A DNA stretch of 64,000 nucleotides from Phoronis australis (GCA_002633005.1 NMRA01000809.1:72325-136324); one strand, 5' to 3'. Counted from the stretch's first letter, positions 40,895 to 54,552 are shown. Translations and numbers: made by a program. The notes: generated by a model from the letters alone, not told the origin.

Positions 40895-41215
40895 GTGGAG
40901 GTCATGAGATGATGTCACTGTCCTAGACTGTGAGGAAGACTGGTTCAGAAGTGGTGTAAAGGAAGCTCTCCATGAGCACATTGAGAGTCCCTCTTTAAAT
41001 AAAAGAGGCTGTTTAAGATTGCCACACGTGTGGGATGGTGTTCTGACGTCAATGCCGTGCCGTCTGGTCAAAACGCCACCAATTGGCCAGAGTAACGATA
41101 ACGTCACAAGCCAAGCTGAAGTCCGTGACTGAATGTGGACACAACGTCGCTAATTTTTGTAAGCTTTTATTTCAGTATTAGACTCAAACTTTGTTTGTTT
41201 TCTCAACTGAACATC
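40895..41215 (+). mobile_element. Penelope-like 3' fragment (GIY-YIG endonuclease C-terminus)
   Basis: Translates VTVLDCEEDWFRSGVKEALHEHIESPSLNKRGCLRLPHVWDGVL, a typical Penelope GIY-YIG end, followed by a decayed ctgaag…ggac..aacgtc hammerhead-like motif. Confidence 0.7.
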
Positions 41216-41791
41216 TCAAAATTTTCATGCTTTTATAGCCAGAACTATTGACAAAAGTTGCTCGAAAACTTTCCGTAGTCGGTGTTTCATGTTAAAAAGA
41301 CACCGGCCACACCCCATAGCCGGCAACGTTTCACAACTCCTAACTGGTGACTGATAACCATTATATGACGTTTACAATTATCTACATGAAGTTGATATTA
41401 ACATTCATTTTTTCGGATATTAAGTTCCTACAAAAACAATGACTCAACGTCCTACAATACAAATCGGTTCGCCTGTCAGGCTCCATTGCCACTAGGCTTT
41501 CCACAAAGGAGTGTTGGTACAATACTACGTACACTCCTTGTTCCCACTAACTGGTCCATGAACTCTGTTCGTTGACCTCCACTAGGGGCGCCAGCGTGCA
41601 TGTGACGTCAGAGGGACAAAAGGTCTTGGTCAATAATCCCCTTTCTTCTCAGACAGCAGGCGACAGGGGTTGGAAAGCAAACTGCATCCGCCATTTTGCA
41701 TCAAAAGTAGGTCACTGCTAAAACAGTTTTCTCATTCAAAAGTACAAGCTGGAGGTTTAGTTTCTAACTCAAGCTTGTTTATGTTCGTGTC

Positions 41792-42381
41792 AGTCCCGGC
41801 GGCCGCAACCTGCCTGATCGGGTTCCGAGCCACTTGGCTGGCCGGGAAAACGAGTCAGTCCGGTAGCGACGGGCCTGATCGGGTTCCGAGCCATTTGGCG
41901 GGATAACAAGCGTTTTGTGTGTTTAGAACTTAAAAATCACAAGTCTAAAAACACAGATCTAAGTTCTCCTGTCTGTATTTCACGGAAGAATACTTCGAAT
42001 TTATCTCCGAACAGACCCCCAAACTCCTGCTACGGACCTTGGTAAATTTGCCTTCCGAAATTTGTAGGCTACGGTATGTCCAAATACCAATAAATCCGTA
42101 ACAGCGAAATAAAACAACACGTTTTTAAAGAACTCGGTGTATTTTTAAGGTTTTTACATAGAAGCTTTATGATTTATTGTCGTTACTCAAACGATGAGTA
42201 ACCCGGCATTGTTGTGAACTGCTGAACAGACTGCGTGTGAAACCAATGACGTCATTGGATAATTTCAACACTTCCGTCTGCCGTCAGGTGTCAGGTAACG
42301 CAACCGAACATGCCGTTATCGAGTAGAACTACTAGATCTAAATTGATACAAAATAGGTTTATTTTTGGGTGGCATTCTCCT
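41792..42381. mobile_element. Second copy of the right part of the 30913-33261 Kolobok-type family (without the SINE)
   Basis: Colinear with 32463-32888 plus 33126-33261; ends TGGCATTCTCCT. Confidence 0.75.
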
Positions 42382-42866
42382 CTAATTTTATTGAATCATT
42401 ACCAATTGATGGTTTTAATGGGATGAAAGTGCTATTTAACAGATAACACCTGTCCTCATCCAAATTAAGAAATAAATGCACCGAGAACTGTACAATGCAT
42501 CCGAATTAAAATTGTATGGTTGTTCATTTATGGCTATCATCTTTCCGAATGCACGTGGTTTGGCGTTAATGGAGCAGATAAATCAAACAATCGTTCACTT
42601 AATGATACAGGCATAAAATTCGGTTAGAGTATGTATTTTGCCTAATATTTCCAGAAAAAAATGCTTAGCCACTTACATGCCAAGAACTGTAGGATGAAAC
42701 TTGGCTTACCTCAAAATCCAACTCTGCCTGGACTGATGGTTTGGTAATTGGCCCAATTATGTTGCACACCCAGCAAAATGAACGAGGAACATATTATTGT
42801 AACAGTAAACAAACGTTTTAGGTTGTAAAAGTCAGATTTCCTGTTCAATTTTCAAAATTCATAACT

Positions 42867-43130
42867 CTAATCCCGCGTTGGGTCCTCGGTCTGGCTAACA
42901 TCACCTCCGTCTTCTTTAATGACTGCATTGTTCTGTTCGTGGGTTTGATCAATAGCCATAGAGGAAAACTCTCTGACTGACTTGTGAACTACAAAATTTA
43001 CCCCACTGAATTCTGTGCCAACCCCTGGGTGTTGCTTTTCCAAGTATAGCGTATCCGGAAGATAGACTGTGTTGTTGTCCGCGTGTATTTCCATGCAGAT
43101 AAAGTGACCTATAGGCCTGCATTTTTAATG
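42867..43130 (-). mobile_element. DNA-transposase fragment (Academ-type motif)
   Basis: HP….EF…NFVV.KS.R.FSSMAIDQTHEQNNAVIK.DGG is a conserved transposase motif; the superfamily assignment is from memory and unverified. Confidence 0.55.
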
Positions 43131-44439
43131 TGCACGGCACGTGATCACTATTCCAAACATGTTCAAACTGTTCTTTCCATTAACCCGAAATACTGAAACC
43201 AGGATAGATGTTCATGCTATGGAACAACGTTCTTGAGAACATTCCATAGCTCTTACTTCGTAGATATCGACATTTTGGAAGTTGTACACCTACTTCGAAC
43301 TTGACAGTGTGACACCGGAGTTAGTTTAGGAGCTAATGCACAAGACCATTGTTTACTTAAGTTAGATCAAAATTTTGAATTTGTTTTGTTTTTGTTTTCT
43401 TTGCAGGCAAATTTGGCTTCTTTCAAGGGGTTGGATATCACAATTCCGTATAGAGCTCCTAACAGACAGAGCACTAAATAGTTGAGTCGAAAAATGGCCC
43501 CCGTGCACCCCCCCCGGACTTCAACTCCTAAGTTACATTTTGCGAAGAGAAATAGGAGTGAAAACCGAAGAAAGATGCTAACAAGCCGAAAAAGTGTCCC
43601 ACATGCGTTTTTTATGCAAATTAGTGCCGCCATTACCGAAATTTCGTTATTTGACGATATCGCACTTTGTTCTTCTTGTAATTGAACAAATCAAGAGTGA
43701 AAACTAATATTTTGAGGGTCAAGCATTACGTAGGAATATTTTTTTTATAATCTTATTGCATGTGATTTGCATTATACGATTACTTACAATCAATAATACA
43801 CTGAAAGCATACATAAGCCAATATAAACATCAAAATAATGTACAACTTTCAGTGCTTTTTAGTGAACCGCATTTCAACAGAAAATTTAATATCTCAAGGA
43901 AAAAAATGCAGGGAAATGATAGCAGAAATGTGAGCAGTCATTAGGGGCTGATGTCACTGATTACATGTTCCATCACTTCATATGGACCTGTTTTGAAACG
44001 ATTCTATACTTTCTCAGAACGGTACCAAAGATTCCCATGCTCGTTCCCTTTTAGTTCCTCAACGAAAAGCAAACGGAAGGAAGAGATCTTGATGAAATCA
44101 TTTTGTTGGACGATGTGAGCTTTAAGCTGCGGTAGTTTTTTGCATTCCTGTTCCTCAGCCCATTTTGAAGAATCATACAGATATTTGATGAAGGTTTCTT
44201 CAACGTGTAAGTGCGTTTTGGACAAAAAGTGTATTGTGTTGTACCATTGCTGGGAATGCAGTTGTCGGCACATATAGAGTATGAGGCTCAGCATCAAATT
44301 GTGATTGAAATAATGAATGTGATTGCAGTAAGTTTTCATCAGCCTATTCTTGTTCAAGATTGTGTGGGAATGTAATATGCTATTCACATACGCATCAATG
44401 CCCAATAGTAGATGCCACGCATCATTTGAGGTCACGAGC

Positions 44440-45155
44440 GCAGCCGGCACATAGACTGGAGCCTAACACTGAACAGATATAATCGACAAATCACAACGGT
44501 ACAAAGCTTTCATAATTTTGGAACAGACAAGACGAGTATCCTTTACCAGAAATAAAATCCAGTTAGCGTCGTTCCTGACAAACACAAGCATTCGGCATTT
44601 GAAGAAATGAAATCAATGTCAGCTATTCGCAACTGGGCTTTGGCAGTCAGGGTAAAAGCTTGAGTAAGATTTACAGTTCAAGACACACACTATTCGGCAC
44701 TAAAGTGGTTAGAAAATTAAATCGTGATTCAATAAAACGCTTTAATTACCACTATGAAATTAGGACTGTCTGCACACTGAGTAGGCTCCGACTCAGCTTC
44801 ATTCTCTGAAGACGCCGGTGCGGGAGGGTTGTGTTCGAACGGCCTCAAAATCGCAAAGTCTGTCGATATGGCGAGGTCTAAGTCATTACCTGTTTCACAT
44901 CCATCTTCATAATACTCGTCAAGCTCGCTCTCTAAGTCTTCGAAACTTACAAGTTCACTGCTATCTTTCATTGCATATATATTGTCAACTGATCAAGGTC
45001 TTCCACTCATGACATCACGTGGCGGGACACAAAAAAATCACTAATTTTTCTTTAAAATTCAAAATTCCTCAATTCTTCCCCTAAATAAGTGCTAGTCTAG
45101 TTATTATACACGATCTGAAACCTCAAAAAGTACCAAAATCCATTGTGGGAACGCT
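44440..45155 (-). mobile_element. Second KolX/P2X7-like pseudogene remnant with a TTAA-flanked terminus
   Basis: Acidic N-terminus plus 'LRPFEHNP' (44729-44971) and a decayed 'NAECLC' at ~44590; one end reads TTAA|AGCG. The other end was not found. Confidence 0.35.
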
Positions 45156-47414
45156 TTAAATACATATGGTCCATGCTTCTACCATAAACAATTCTCAGAA
45201 GAAAATTATGTTTTTGCTTTTGTATTAGTTGTTGCAAATCAATTTTCAGTTTCACCCAACACTTATTGACAGATTCTGATTTGAAATTGAGTACCGGAAG
45301 GGTTAGAAAAGTTTAGAGGGCTTTTTAATTATGCTTTAGTGGATTCCACCTGATTACGGCCATTTTCCTAACAACCGTTTCAACACAAACAATTGGAGTG
45401 TGTCATTGTATTAGATCAGAACATACATTCGTGGCCATGATACCATATAGTGTGTACCAGTGGCACGATAAAGGGAACAATTATCCCAATAGGCGGAGCC
45501 GTTGATGTATAACATCTTGCGAAAAGTGTTTTCATTATTCACCAAATATACAGACCACTATTGAACTGAAATGTCCGACAGCTTAAGGACAGCATCTTTT
45601 TTGTTTAGTGCAGGCTTTCCTTGTGGTTAGGTCTGCACTAAGTTATTTTCCAAGACAGTTTTGCCTTCCGCCATTGGTCTCCTTCAGCGAGCAAGGCACG
45701 GCTCGCCTAAATGCTGAAAAGTCGCGAGACAGCGTAATTGTGGAACGGAAATAGGAACATTATCACAGTTTACACACCAGTTTACACACCAGTTTCCCCC
45801 AAAATTCAATACTCCCAGAATAGACCTGCAGTTACTTACAATGGGGGTACATACCCTGTGGCAAGTAGGTTGCGAGTTTGGCAAAATCACACAAGATCAT
45901 GCCAGTGAAAGGCAAGATTTTGCAGTTGAAAAATCGCTGACCACCCGCTGAGACCATAGATTACGGGGATTTCCGAAACAGCCCACTGTGTTTCGGAAGC
46001 ACCCATTTTCCCGATGTGATTGCGGAGGCTCTTTGGGAAAAATTGGTGGAGTTCTTCCGAAAACTTGTGTTGCTTACCACAGCGCTCTGATTGAGCTGTG
46101 GGTGTTAAAAAGAGTAAATGGAGTAAGTGACTCTTGTTATTAAAGAAATTGAACTCGGTGATAGTGGCATTGCTGGAGGTGATTTGTGACTACAAATATT
46201 TTAACCTTCATTGACTTAAAACGCCAGTCAGGCATCACTTTAGCAGCAAGTGTAGCTAGTCTACGTTAGAGTAATCCGGCGACGCCACCGTTGACGAGCT
46301 ATTGGTATATCTGAACTTTTTTAACGATCCTTTTAAGGACCAAAATTGAAAAACGAGGACATTTTGCTGCAATTTGCATACATTTGGCCCGCTCCAGAAA
46401 TTCAAAACGATTCCGAAAGAAACTCCATGGAGGCTTTTTTGGTCCTTGCTTCAGGAAAAGCCTGCATGGGACGGATGCTCTAGTTCACAGACAGCGAAGA
46501 ATTTAGGCTTAGTCAAATAGCAATAAAAATAGCGGTTAAAACGTCCATGTAAACACCCAAGAAAAGAAATTAAACATAGCAGTCTATAGCGACTAAAGAA
46601 GCAATTAAACTTTGACTATGTAAGCGTAATTTTTATAAATGTTAATATGATCTTCCTTTGTCATCCTCTACCACAAACACAGTAGCATGTGTTGAAATCA
46701 CAGAACACGTAAGATGTCGTTAGTAATAATTGTAGAGTTGCTGTGCTACTAATCATTTCCAAAAATACCTATAAAACAGAAATTGTGGTAGCAACACAAT
46801 GATCAGATTTCGTTTTGATTATTTTAGTTCTTGAAATTACCTGACCTTCAAACTCTTCCTCAGAACTATAGAAGGTCTTATACTGCATTTCCTTGTATGT
46901 AGCTGTGCAAGCACGAAAAATGAAGTAAACCACTTACGCTCTTCAAATCAGTCGCTTGATATTCCTTACCCTGATAACACTTAATATTCTTTACACTGAT
47001 AACACTTAATTTCCGTTACCACCAAAAGCGACGCAAGAAAAGGCTTCAGAATTTATTGTGGTTGGCCAACTCTAATTCGAAACGGCGTTTGTACGAATAA
47101 TCTGCTACTTGAGTTGCCGGCTCCTTTGGCCCAATTCAATATAGAATAAGTACGTTTATATTTTTAAATCCCAAAGATCTTCTTCTAATAATTCAACAAT
47201 GACAGCTAAACAGCGCCAAAATGCTCCTTTAAACAAGTGAATAGCAGTTCAGTGAACTAACATAAAATGTGCGAGTTTGCCTCTGCCATCACGAACGAGT
47301 GATTTAACTATATTTCTGTCAAAAAGTTTGGAGTCCTGGCAACATTTCCAAGTAACGAAGTAACGCAATTAATTGCTTGATGTTCAGACTTGGATGTTTG
47401 GACGAAGCCCTGCT

Positions 47415-47620
47415 TTAAAATAGCGATTGCTGATCATACAAGGCAACGGCTAAAGTGAAAACTGCATTCCACGCCTCTTTGCCAGTTGGTATAATTTTGT
47501 CCACATCTTGAATAAAGCCCAAAAAGTTGGTGAAATCTGGGAAGAGCTCGATAGAAAACGAATGGGCGATGTCAGCACGACTCCCTTTGGCCCAATCCAT
47601 AGAACCGCCTGATATCTTAC
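47415..47620 (-). CDS. M14A carboxypeptidase last exon (KISGGSMDWAKG…SFSIELFPD…GF…IIPTGKEAWNAV…*)
   Basis: SGGS.DW, Glu270 (SIEL), GF and I.PT..E.W motifs; ctgttgcag| acceptor; TAA stop at 47415. Confidence 0.92.
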
Positions 47621-48368
47621 CTGCAACAGAGCAATTGTTACTGAAAGAAATTTCTGTGTTATTAAGAGGCTCATACTAAATATAGTCCCTTGCGGAAAGG
47701 TGTTTTGCTCAACTACCTTGCGTTTGTCTATTTGGCAAGTTTATGCAATATTTCTCATAGTCTTCAAGTTTTTCTTCATTCTGAAGCCACAGTCTTCGAA
47801 AGAACATATTTATGGAAGATACAAAGGATTGAATCGCACGCAAGTAAGCGAATCAAGCAAAAACTTCACAATTCTTCGAGAGAAGGGATATCAAATCGTA
47901 AAAGATTGAAAATGCAGGCAAGCCCAAATGAATCTAAAACTGAGCACAACACGTGGTATGCAATTAAGAAATCTTATTATTCTTACAACCTGAGAGCGTT
48001 CCGTAGAGCTAGCTTCTTACGAGGAAAGCAAGATCTCGCAAGACCTCGCAAGTATGCTTGGGAGCTTACTAGCCACTCATAGCAAAATGCGGGCCACTGA
48101 AGTAATTGGTCATCGCGGTTGGATTGTTGAATTCACTGTTTCTGTTCCATAACCGAAAGTTTTTCGTTTCAAGTGCAAGCTAATGTCTTGCGGTCTACCC
48201 AGCCTAGTGTTCCTACCTACTTAAACAATTCAAACGGTTCCAGAGCTAAGGGCCAGAAGGTCTGGATGAAACATCTAGAACGGGCTTTGAGTGTCCATTT
48301 ACAACAAATTTGTGCCAACTGATCATGTACCCAAACCGGGTATGCTGCACCCACAAGCCCACTGTTAA

Positions 48369-48802
48369 GGTTATGTATGACCTTGACAAGTCTACGCATT
48401 TAGCCAAATATCTACTTACTTAAGATGACAACTCAGCGAAAATAGAAAGCCTGTAAAATCGATTCTCGACTTCTTACCAGTCTGCCGTTATGTGGGTCAC
48501 GTGACCATGTTTTAGTGAAATTTAGGAGAAAATGAAGGCACCTAGATAGCAAACCAACAGCATCAAACAAACGATCAAATTCTATTTGATATTAATGCAG
48601 TTTTCTGAAATGCCATTTCGTTTCCGTTGTTTTTTCATCAAAATCATGAAAGCCCTATATGTAATATCCCCTAATGAAAAAGTTGGAAATTTTTAAACGT
48701 AATTCCTAGCAGCTTTTTGGAGAAAAGTGCATAAAACATACCACCATTTCTGATTTACTGAGTTATACAAATTTGGTCAATTTTCTGGGGTCCTACATAA
48801 TC
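48369..48802. mobile_element. TTAA-flanked MITE family, copy 3
   Basis: TTAA|GGTTATGTATGACC … GGTCCTACATAATC; the 5' ~60 bp match copy 2. Confidence 0.6.
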
Positions 48803-48965
48803 TTAGTTAAACCATTTCCTAGGCATTCGACCTGAGAGTTCAGTCTCCGTTGTGTCTTCTCGAGATTATGCCCGCAATACAAACAAAACACGTTATCACA
48901 CATCATCACTCGCGAGATTCGGAACTCAACCGGGGCACTGAAGTAGAAAGAGGAAGAAAGTTTAC

Positions 48966-49050
48966 CAAAAATTTCAGGAACTGACAGCGTCAAATATTCT
49001 GTACCACGAACACTTCCCATATGGAATGCCATTCTCTCTGCAATGCGCCT
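48966..49050 (-). CDS. M14A carboxypeptidase exon (RRIAERMAFHMGSVRGTEYLTLSVPEIF-G)
   Basis: ttgttccag| acceptor and G|GTAAAC donor; fills the 'A..A.....GT.Y..G' segment with the correct phases (0 in, 1 out). Confidence 0.82.
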
Positions 49051-51285
49051 CTGGAACAAATTTATTAGTAGCAATAAGCGTTGTAGAGACATGTTGGACA
49101 TGTGCTTGTAGATACCAGCCAAGTATGTTGATCTAAAATATCCGTAAGAACAAAAATTTCATAATTGTACCACTCTATAGAAACTAGAAAAGATACAATG
49201 AATTATTTCAAACCAATACGAACCGGGACTATGCCATATTTTGAATAAAATTTTCATTCGTAAAATTTCTTTATATGTGAATGTAGAAACTTAACAAAGC
49301 AGCCAAAATTGTCCTATGCAGAACACCTCTGTCATTTTTGTAGTCGAATTTCCCTCGGAGGTTTACGTTTATCTGCGCATGTGCGTACTTCAATCATATG
49401 CTCAATCATTCTTCATCTTGGAAGTTACAAGACATCTTGAATGACTTAAGTTCGCACATGCACTGATAACATCCAAGTCCGCTGGTAAATTTGAGGCTAC
49501 GAAAATACCCGAGGTGTTACGAGGTGTTCCAACACATTGGAACAATCACTTTGAGGTGGTTTTAGTAACATCTTGTCTAAAATCTCTTGGTTCGTTCATA
49601 CCAACATAAAGCCTATTCACACTGGCACGGCGTTTCAGTCGGCTATTTCTCCGGCCATCTTCTTGTGTTACAGCGCTCTTAGAAGAACGAGAATATGGTT
49701 CACTCATGGTGGGCACCTAGATTGTATTTTTCCTGGTAAACGGCGGTTTATGAACATGGGACGTACTTTTTGGTTGCCTGTGCAACACCCTCATCACTGG
49801 GTCAACAAGGGAAATGCGCTATACTGATATCTTCGAAGAATTAATCTCTGCATTCCATTAGGATGTTTGTACTCCTCCCTTGCTTAAAGTGTTGTTGCAC
49901 TGCTTATTTCTTTTGGCCTTAAGGCCATGCATTTGACATTACCCTCCTTTAACGTGGCTGGAGTTGAAGTCAATGTACCGTTCAGTGCGAGTGTTCCTTT
50001 AGTAGATTGATGTTGACTTCTATCTCTGGCAGGCTGGTGGTAGCTTCCACTTCCACAGTGAATTCAGAATGAAGCCATCCTATCAGCAATGACGTCACAA
50101 AGAAAGTGGAGAAGGTACGAGAAGACCCTGTACAACAAACGATGAGCTTTCCTTACATACCTGGAAGCTGGACTGACAACCAAACGGTCCCAATTTCAAA
50201 CTCCGCCGTGCACCAAGACAGAAATACAAATAGTTCCAGTGACTACCAGATGTCCGCACTCGTTCTTCAAAGAACACTATAAAACCCGAAGATGGCCAGA
50301 GAAATGACCGACCTAATCGTCTGCCAATGAACATAGGTTAGATGTTGGTGTAAACAGGCCAATACTGATAGTTTAGACATTCGTCTTTTGATGGTGTGGC
50401 AAGTACAATGTGCGCTGTCAGCAACATTAAGTATTGGAATGGAGTCTTTCATATTTTTAATTTCATTTCACACGAGTATAGGTAAATACCACACACACAC
50501 ACACACACACACACANTTTTCGTTTATAATTGCATAACAAACACTCAGATACCGTACAATACAGAAGCACGATTTAAAGTTTTGTTGAAAACTTCCACGC
50601 ATGTAGTTTGATAGGTTGTCAAAAGTTCTTCTAATACTGGAACCAAGGAGTGTAGTTCCTTGCTGGAACTAAAAAGATATCTGAGGCTGGACTATTCCCG
50701 TCATGAAGTCAGGACCAAAGGTGGGTGCGTATAAAGAATAACCAATGTAATTGTCGGGTTTGTTGACTAATTTTGTCGGGAAATCGCTGGTTGTCTGGAA
50801 CCGTAACGTAAGAGTCTCACTTGATGAACAAAAATGAAATTTGTATAGTACCTGTAGCCATCCTGGCATCCATTCTCAGAATGAAGCATGCCAATGGTGG
50901 ATGTCTTACCGCAGAAACATTTTAGAAAAGTCGCTGTCTTTATTTAAACTTTACTCGTGTTCATCAGTGCGAGATCTTTCGGTAGAGTTCTATAGTTACA
51001 GTAATATTAACAACCCGATTTTTGGATTCCTCCGGAGGCTTAATAGTGAAACGCATATTTCTCTTAGAGCAACCAGTGCGTGTAAGTAGGGAAATTATGA
51101 CGTCAATACCGGCGTGGATATTGCTTCTTTGGGATCTCTCAGTTTACGGTCAACGACGACTAGCTTCGAATATGACTGTCAAGTTACAGTAATTCAAATA
51201 TTCAGCTAATATTTGTTGTTGCCATTTTTACAATGTTTACTGCCAAAGAAGGTATTGTAAACTGATAGCTTTCGTGTGTATTTAC

Positions 51286-51506
51286 CAAACGTTCGTTGTC
51301 CTCTGGAGGCACCGGCGTGAATCCCCAGGGAACCAGCATTAGTTGTCCGTAGGTGTGAAACGATAAGTAAGCACCTAGTTTTAATTTGTGAAGAAACTTC
51401 TGGTTTAGCAAGTGACGTGCGAGGTTCGCCGACGCCATCGATGAAAATGCGGCATCTCCGATGTAACACTCGATGCAGGGATTTAAACACGGCGGGAATG
51501 TGGACT
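51286..51506 (-). CDS. M14A carboxypeptidase exon (…NPCIECYIGDAAFS…AYLSFHTYGQLMLVPWGFT…)
   Basis: PC...Y.G..AFS and HTY (His196) motifs; ttttttccag| acceptor and |GTAAA donor; phase 1 in, phase 0 out. Confidence 0.93.
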
Positions 51507-51839
51507 CTGGAAAAAAACCTTCGAAGTCAAACGATTGGCCTCATCGTGTGATACTGAAACAAAAATCTAAGAAAAAATTTAAGAACATTTAACGCAACTT
51601 CTATTAGACACTGACACTTGCTACTGCTGTATAAGTGCCTCCGCTGACAAACACGAGCATTATTTAGCAAGAATGCGTACAGGTTAAAAAGCACCAATTA
51701 ATTATGCGTAAGCCTAAATGGTTTGTTCCGAATAAACCTTTGTCCCTGTCAACCTCCGTAATCTGTGCACAGGTAAAATGACATAGCTGCAGACTTAGAT
51801 ATACGTGTATGATATGCAAACGCATGTCCATATAATTAC

Positions 51840-51972
51840 CGTTCCAGTGATGTCCAAAGTTTCGGTTAAGATCTGTTCCTACACACCGGTCTGTCTTTAT
51901 AGTTTTACTCATATCCTTTCGCCACAAACGCCTGAACAAGTAGTCCAATCCTTGCACTTGTTTTGGGAAATC
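51840..51972 (-). CDS. M14A carboxypeptidase exon (…RRLWRKDMSKTIKTDRCVGTDLNRNFGHHWN)
   Basis: RLWRK and C.G.DLNRNF (Asn144/Arg145) motifs; phase 0 in, phase 1 out. Confidence 0.93.
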
Positions 51973-52264
51973 CTGCGTTACGAAATGTATGAGACATACA
52001 AGCAATGGAAGATAAACAAATAAACATTTATTAAAAGCATTTTGGAGTGAACTTCGATATCCTAAGTTATCACAGAGATGGCAGGTGGCGAAAAGTCTTG
52101 GGACGTTTTTTCGAAGTGATCTGTTTGGGGGTCATTGCGACAGAATTCCTTACGTATTGACAGTAAGAATATATTGTTTAAACATAGTAAACTTAATGTT
52201 AAAAACATAAACGACGATCTCACAATAACTGGCAGCCACGGCTTAACGCATGAATTATTACTTT

Positions 52265-53847
52265 TAGGGATTGAAAATCAACATGGCACAAGGTCTTGGA
52301 CAGAGGAAGTAAATGTCTGGACGTGCTACCCTGACCTGTGAGAGTCGGGACCATCAGGTCTAAGCTCCTTACACCCAAGCTTGGCCCAATTAAGAGTACA
52401 ACCAATCGCCAGTTTCCCTTATCAAGTCTCACTGACTGGAGCTTGATAAGCGCCATCTGCAGATTGCGCATGAGACGCTTCGCCTCATCCTCATTTATTG
52501 GTGGCTCACCATTCCTTGCAGTCACAAAGACACTAAGATCTTTCTTGGACACGCTAGCGTAAGAGAGCTTATCCACTTAAGCCACTTTGGTGGTGGTTTT
52601 GAGGATGTCCCAGGGATCGATCTGTCAGAATTGGGGTGTTTGACACCCTGATGAACATCCGTGTCTAGATTTTCAAGCTTCTTCTGAGCCCACTTTGTCC
52701 TCCACTCAGCATCAGCAGATTGGCGGTAGGAGCTGCCATCTTGTACAGTTGAAGCCTTTGCGCCACCATTCGCTCCTTGAGGAGTGTCCGCGGCAGGTTT
52801 GAGGTTCGCGTCAGCAGTCACCCTTGCCGCTTTCACAAACTTGGTAATTTCACTGTCCACTCCCATGGAAAAATCTAGCCATTTCCCAGAGCAAGCGTCC
52901 ACGGTATGGGGTGCTTCCACTTGCCTTGTTCGAAACTCCTAAGGAGGAGTCTTTGAGGCGGACTTCCATGCCGCGAAGACCACATTCTGCCCTATTTACC
53001 GGTCACCCTGACCAGGGTGGTTATTGGTTTTCGCTGTAGGTATAGGTCATGATTCAGGTTCGCATCCGCATTTACCCTATCCACAACAAGGCCCCGCCTA
53101 AGGCCTTTCTTGCATCCGCAGACCTATAGGATGTGACGCTGGTTTCAATAGGTTCCTAGAATGGTGCCTCTACAAATGGATTTTCCAGGTTCGGTATGTC
53201 TACCTTCGAGTGCCAGAGCCTCGCTACCTCATAGGGCTAACTGTGCAGAGACTTGTCTCCTAGTGAAACAGATGTTGCTCTGACCATCGCGATTTGTCCA
53301 AAATTCCTTGATAATCAACGTTCTGTGTTGTCTACCCCCAGCCGCAACTGGCTTAAAATTCAAGAACCAGGGTATTAGTCCTCAAGGGTTCCCGTGTTCC
53401 CTGGCCGGAGACAACGCAGTATCAAATCGAATCCCAAGAGTTGGAAGTCAATATACTCTTGACCAGGCGCCCAAAAGGGGGATGATAGAGAGGCCTCCCA
53501 CTGCAGAGTCAATCTCCCGGGAGCAGAAAATGCTTCCAACAGGGTTTTCGGCATCTCACGTTGTTCGAAAGGCGGCGGCTACCGAAGCCAGAAAGTCCCC
53601 TTCCCCAACCCGATCCCATACAGCTTAGTCTGAGTAAACCCAGTCCATGTGTTGCCATGAGGAGGCACTGCACAAGACTTGCTGTGGGAGAAGTTATGTA
53701 CTGACAGTCGGAACTGAACAACGGGGGGAGCTGAAAGGTGAGCACTACTCAGGGCAGTAAGCAGAGCTAGATACTAGTACTACTACTAACTACCCTACAA
53801 CACTAGACGCTAAGTACCACAACTTGTGGTCGAAGTCGCCAACACAT
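52265..53847 (-). mobile_element. Internally deleted non-LTR retrotransposon (LOA/R1-like): ribozyme-bearing 5' UTR plus frameshifted ORF1 fragment
   Basis: GC-richer block inside a carboxypeptidase intron; ORF pieces 52522-52920 and 52220-52576, including 'KLSYASVSKKDLSVFV…I.EDEAKRL', resembling the LOA-clade ORF1 (DUF4780-like) N-terminus; HDV-like ribozyme at the 5' end. No RT and no clear TSD; the 3' boundary is approximate. Confidence 0.55.
53619..53847 (-). ncRNA. HDV-like self-cleaving ribozyme fold (nested double pseudoknot) with long J1/2
   Basis: Minus strand: P1 AUGUGUU (53847-41) / AACACAU (53653-47); P2 UGCAGU (53672-67) / GCUGUA (53624-19); P3 GCC/GGC; L3 UCCUCAU; P1.1 CC/GG; P4 CUGGGU-UU-ACUCAG; J4/2 ACUAA with the catalytic-C equivalent at 53628. 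Confidence 0.75.
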
Positions 53848-53862
53848 TATATGTATACGTAC

Positions 53863-53982
53863 TTTTACTTTGTTGGAATTGTGTGTAAAGTCATATCCGT
53901 CTGGGTTCAGAATTGGACAAATGTGGAATTCGTATATCTCCAGGAGTTGACTAATGTAGTGGTCGTTATCGGCATGCAGCAG
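53863..53982 (-). CDS. M14A carboxypeptidase exon (LLHADNDHYISQLLEIYEFHICPILNPDGYDFTHNSNKVK)
   Basis: NPDGY motif; tttcag| acceptor; donor |GTACGT (an alternative donor 6 nt upstream would end the exon at 53869). Confidence 0.92.
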
Positions 53983-54552
53983 CTGAAATTCATGCGCAAA
54001 ACGTTAGAAATTATTATGACAATCAAGACAGTAGGTAGTTGCGATTCACAATTGTGGTTGATTTGACATACGCATCATTGAAATATTTCATCTTAATGCC
54101 GAGAAAGTGAAATCTCAAATCTCTCTATTCCTTCATATTTTGCTACCAGTGATTGAAAAAACAAAGGTAGAAAGTCTTCGAGATTTATCGTGGCCACGCA
54201 CTATACACGAAGCACGTGATCTCACTCACTAGCGAGTCAGTAGCGCTAATCTTTGAACTCGAAACCGAACTCTAAATTGTTGTAGATGTTTTCCGTTCTA
54301 CTTTTGTGCAAATTCAATACATGGAAGTTTGTATTACTCTGCTTGAGCTCACTACGGTTTACGCGGACGACATTCCAATCCTGGTTTCCACTTGATGACC
54401 CCAGCATTAACACAGTAAGTTCAGGTCTGAAATGTCGAGTTTGTACCCGAAAACTCTAATTTTTACGTGAGATTGTAGAATGTATAATATCCCGAATTCG
54501 ATTTCGAGAACAGAGTTTGGACACCGGGACTTGGCCGGACGCTTAATTTTAC

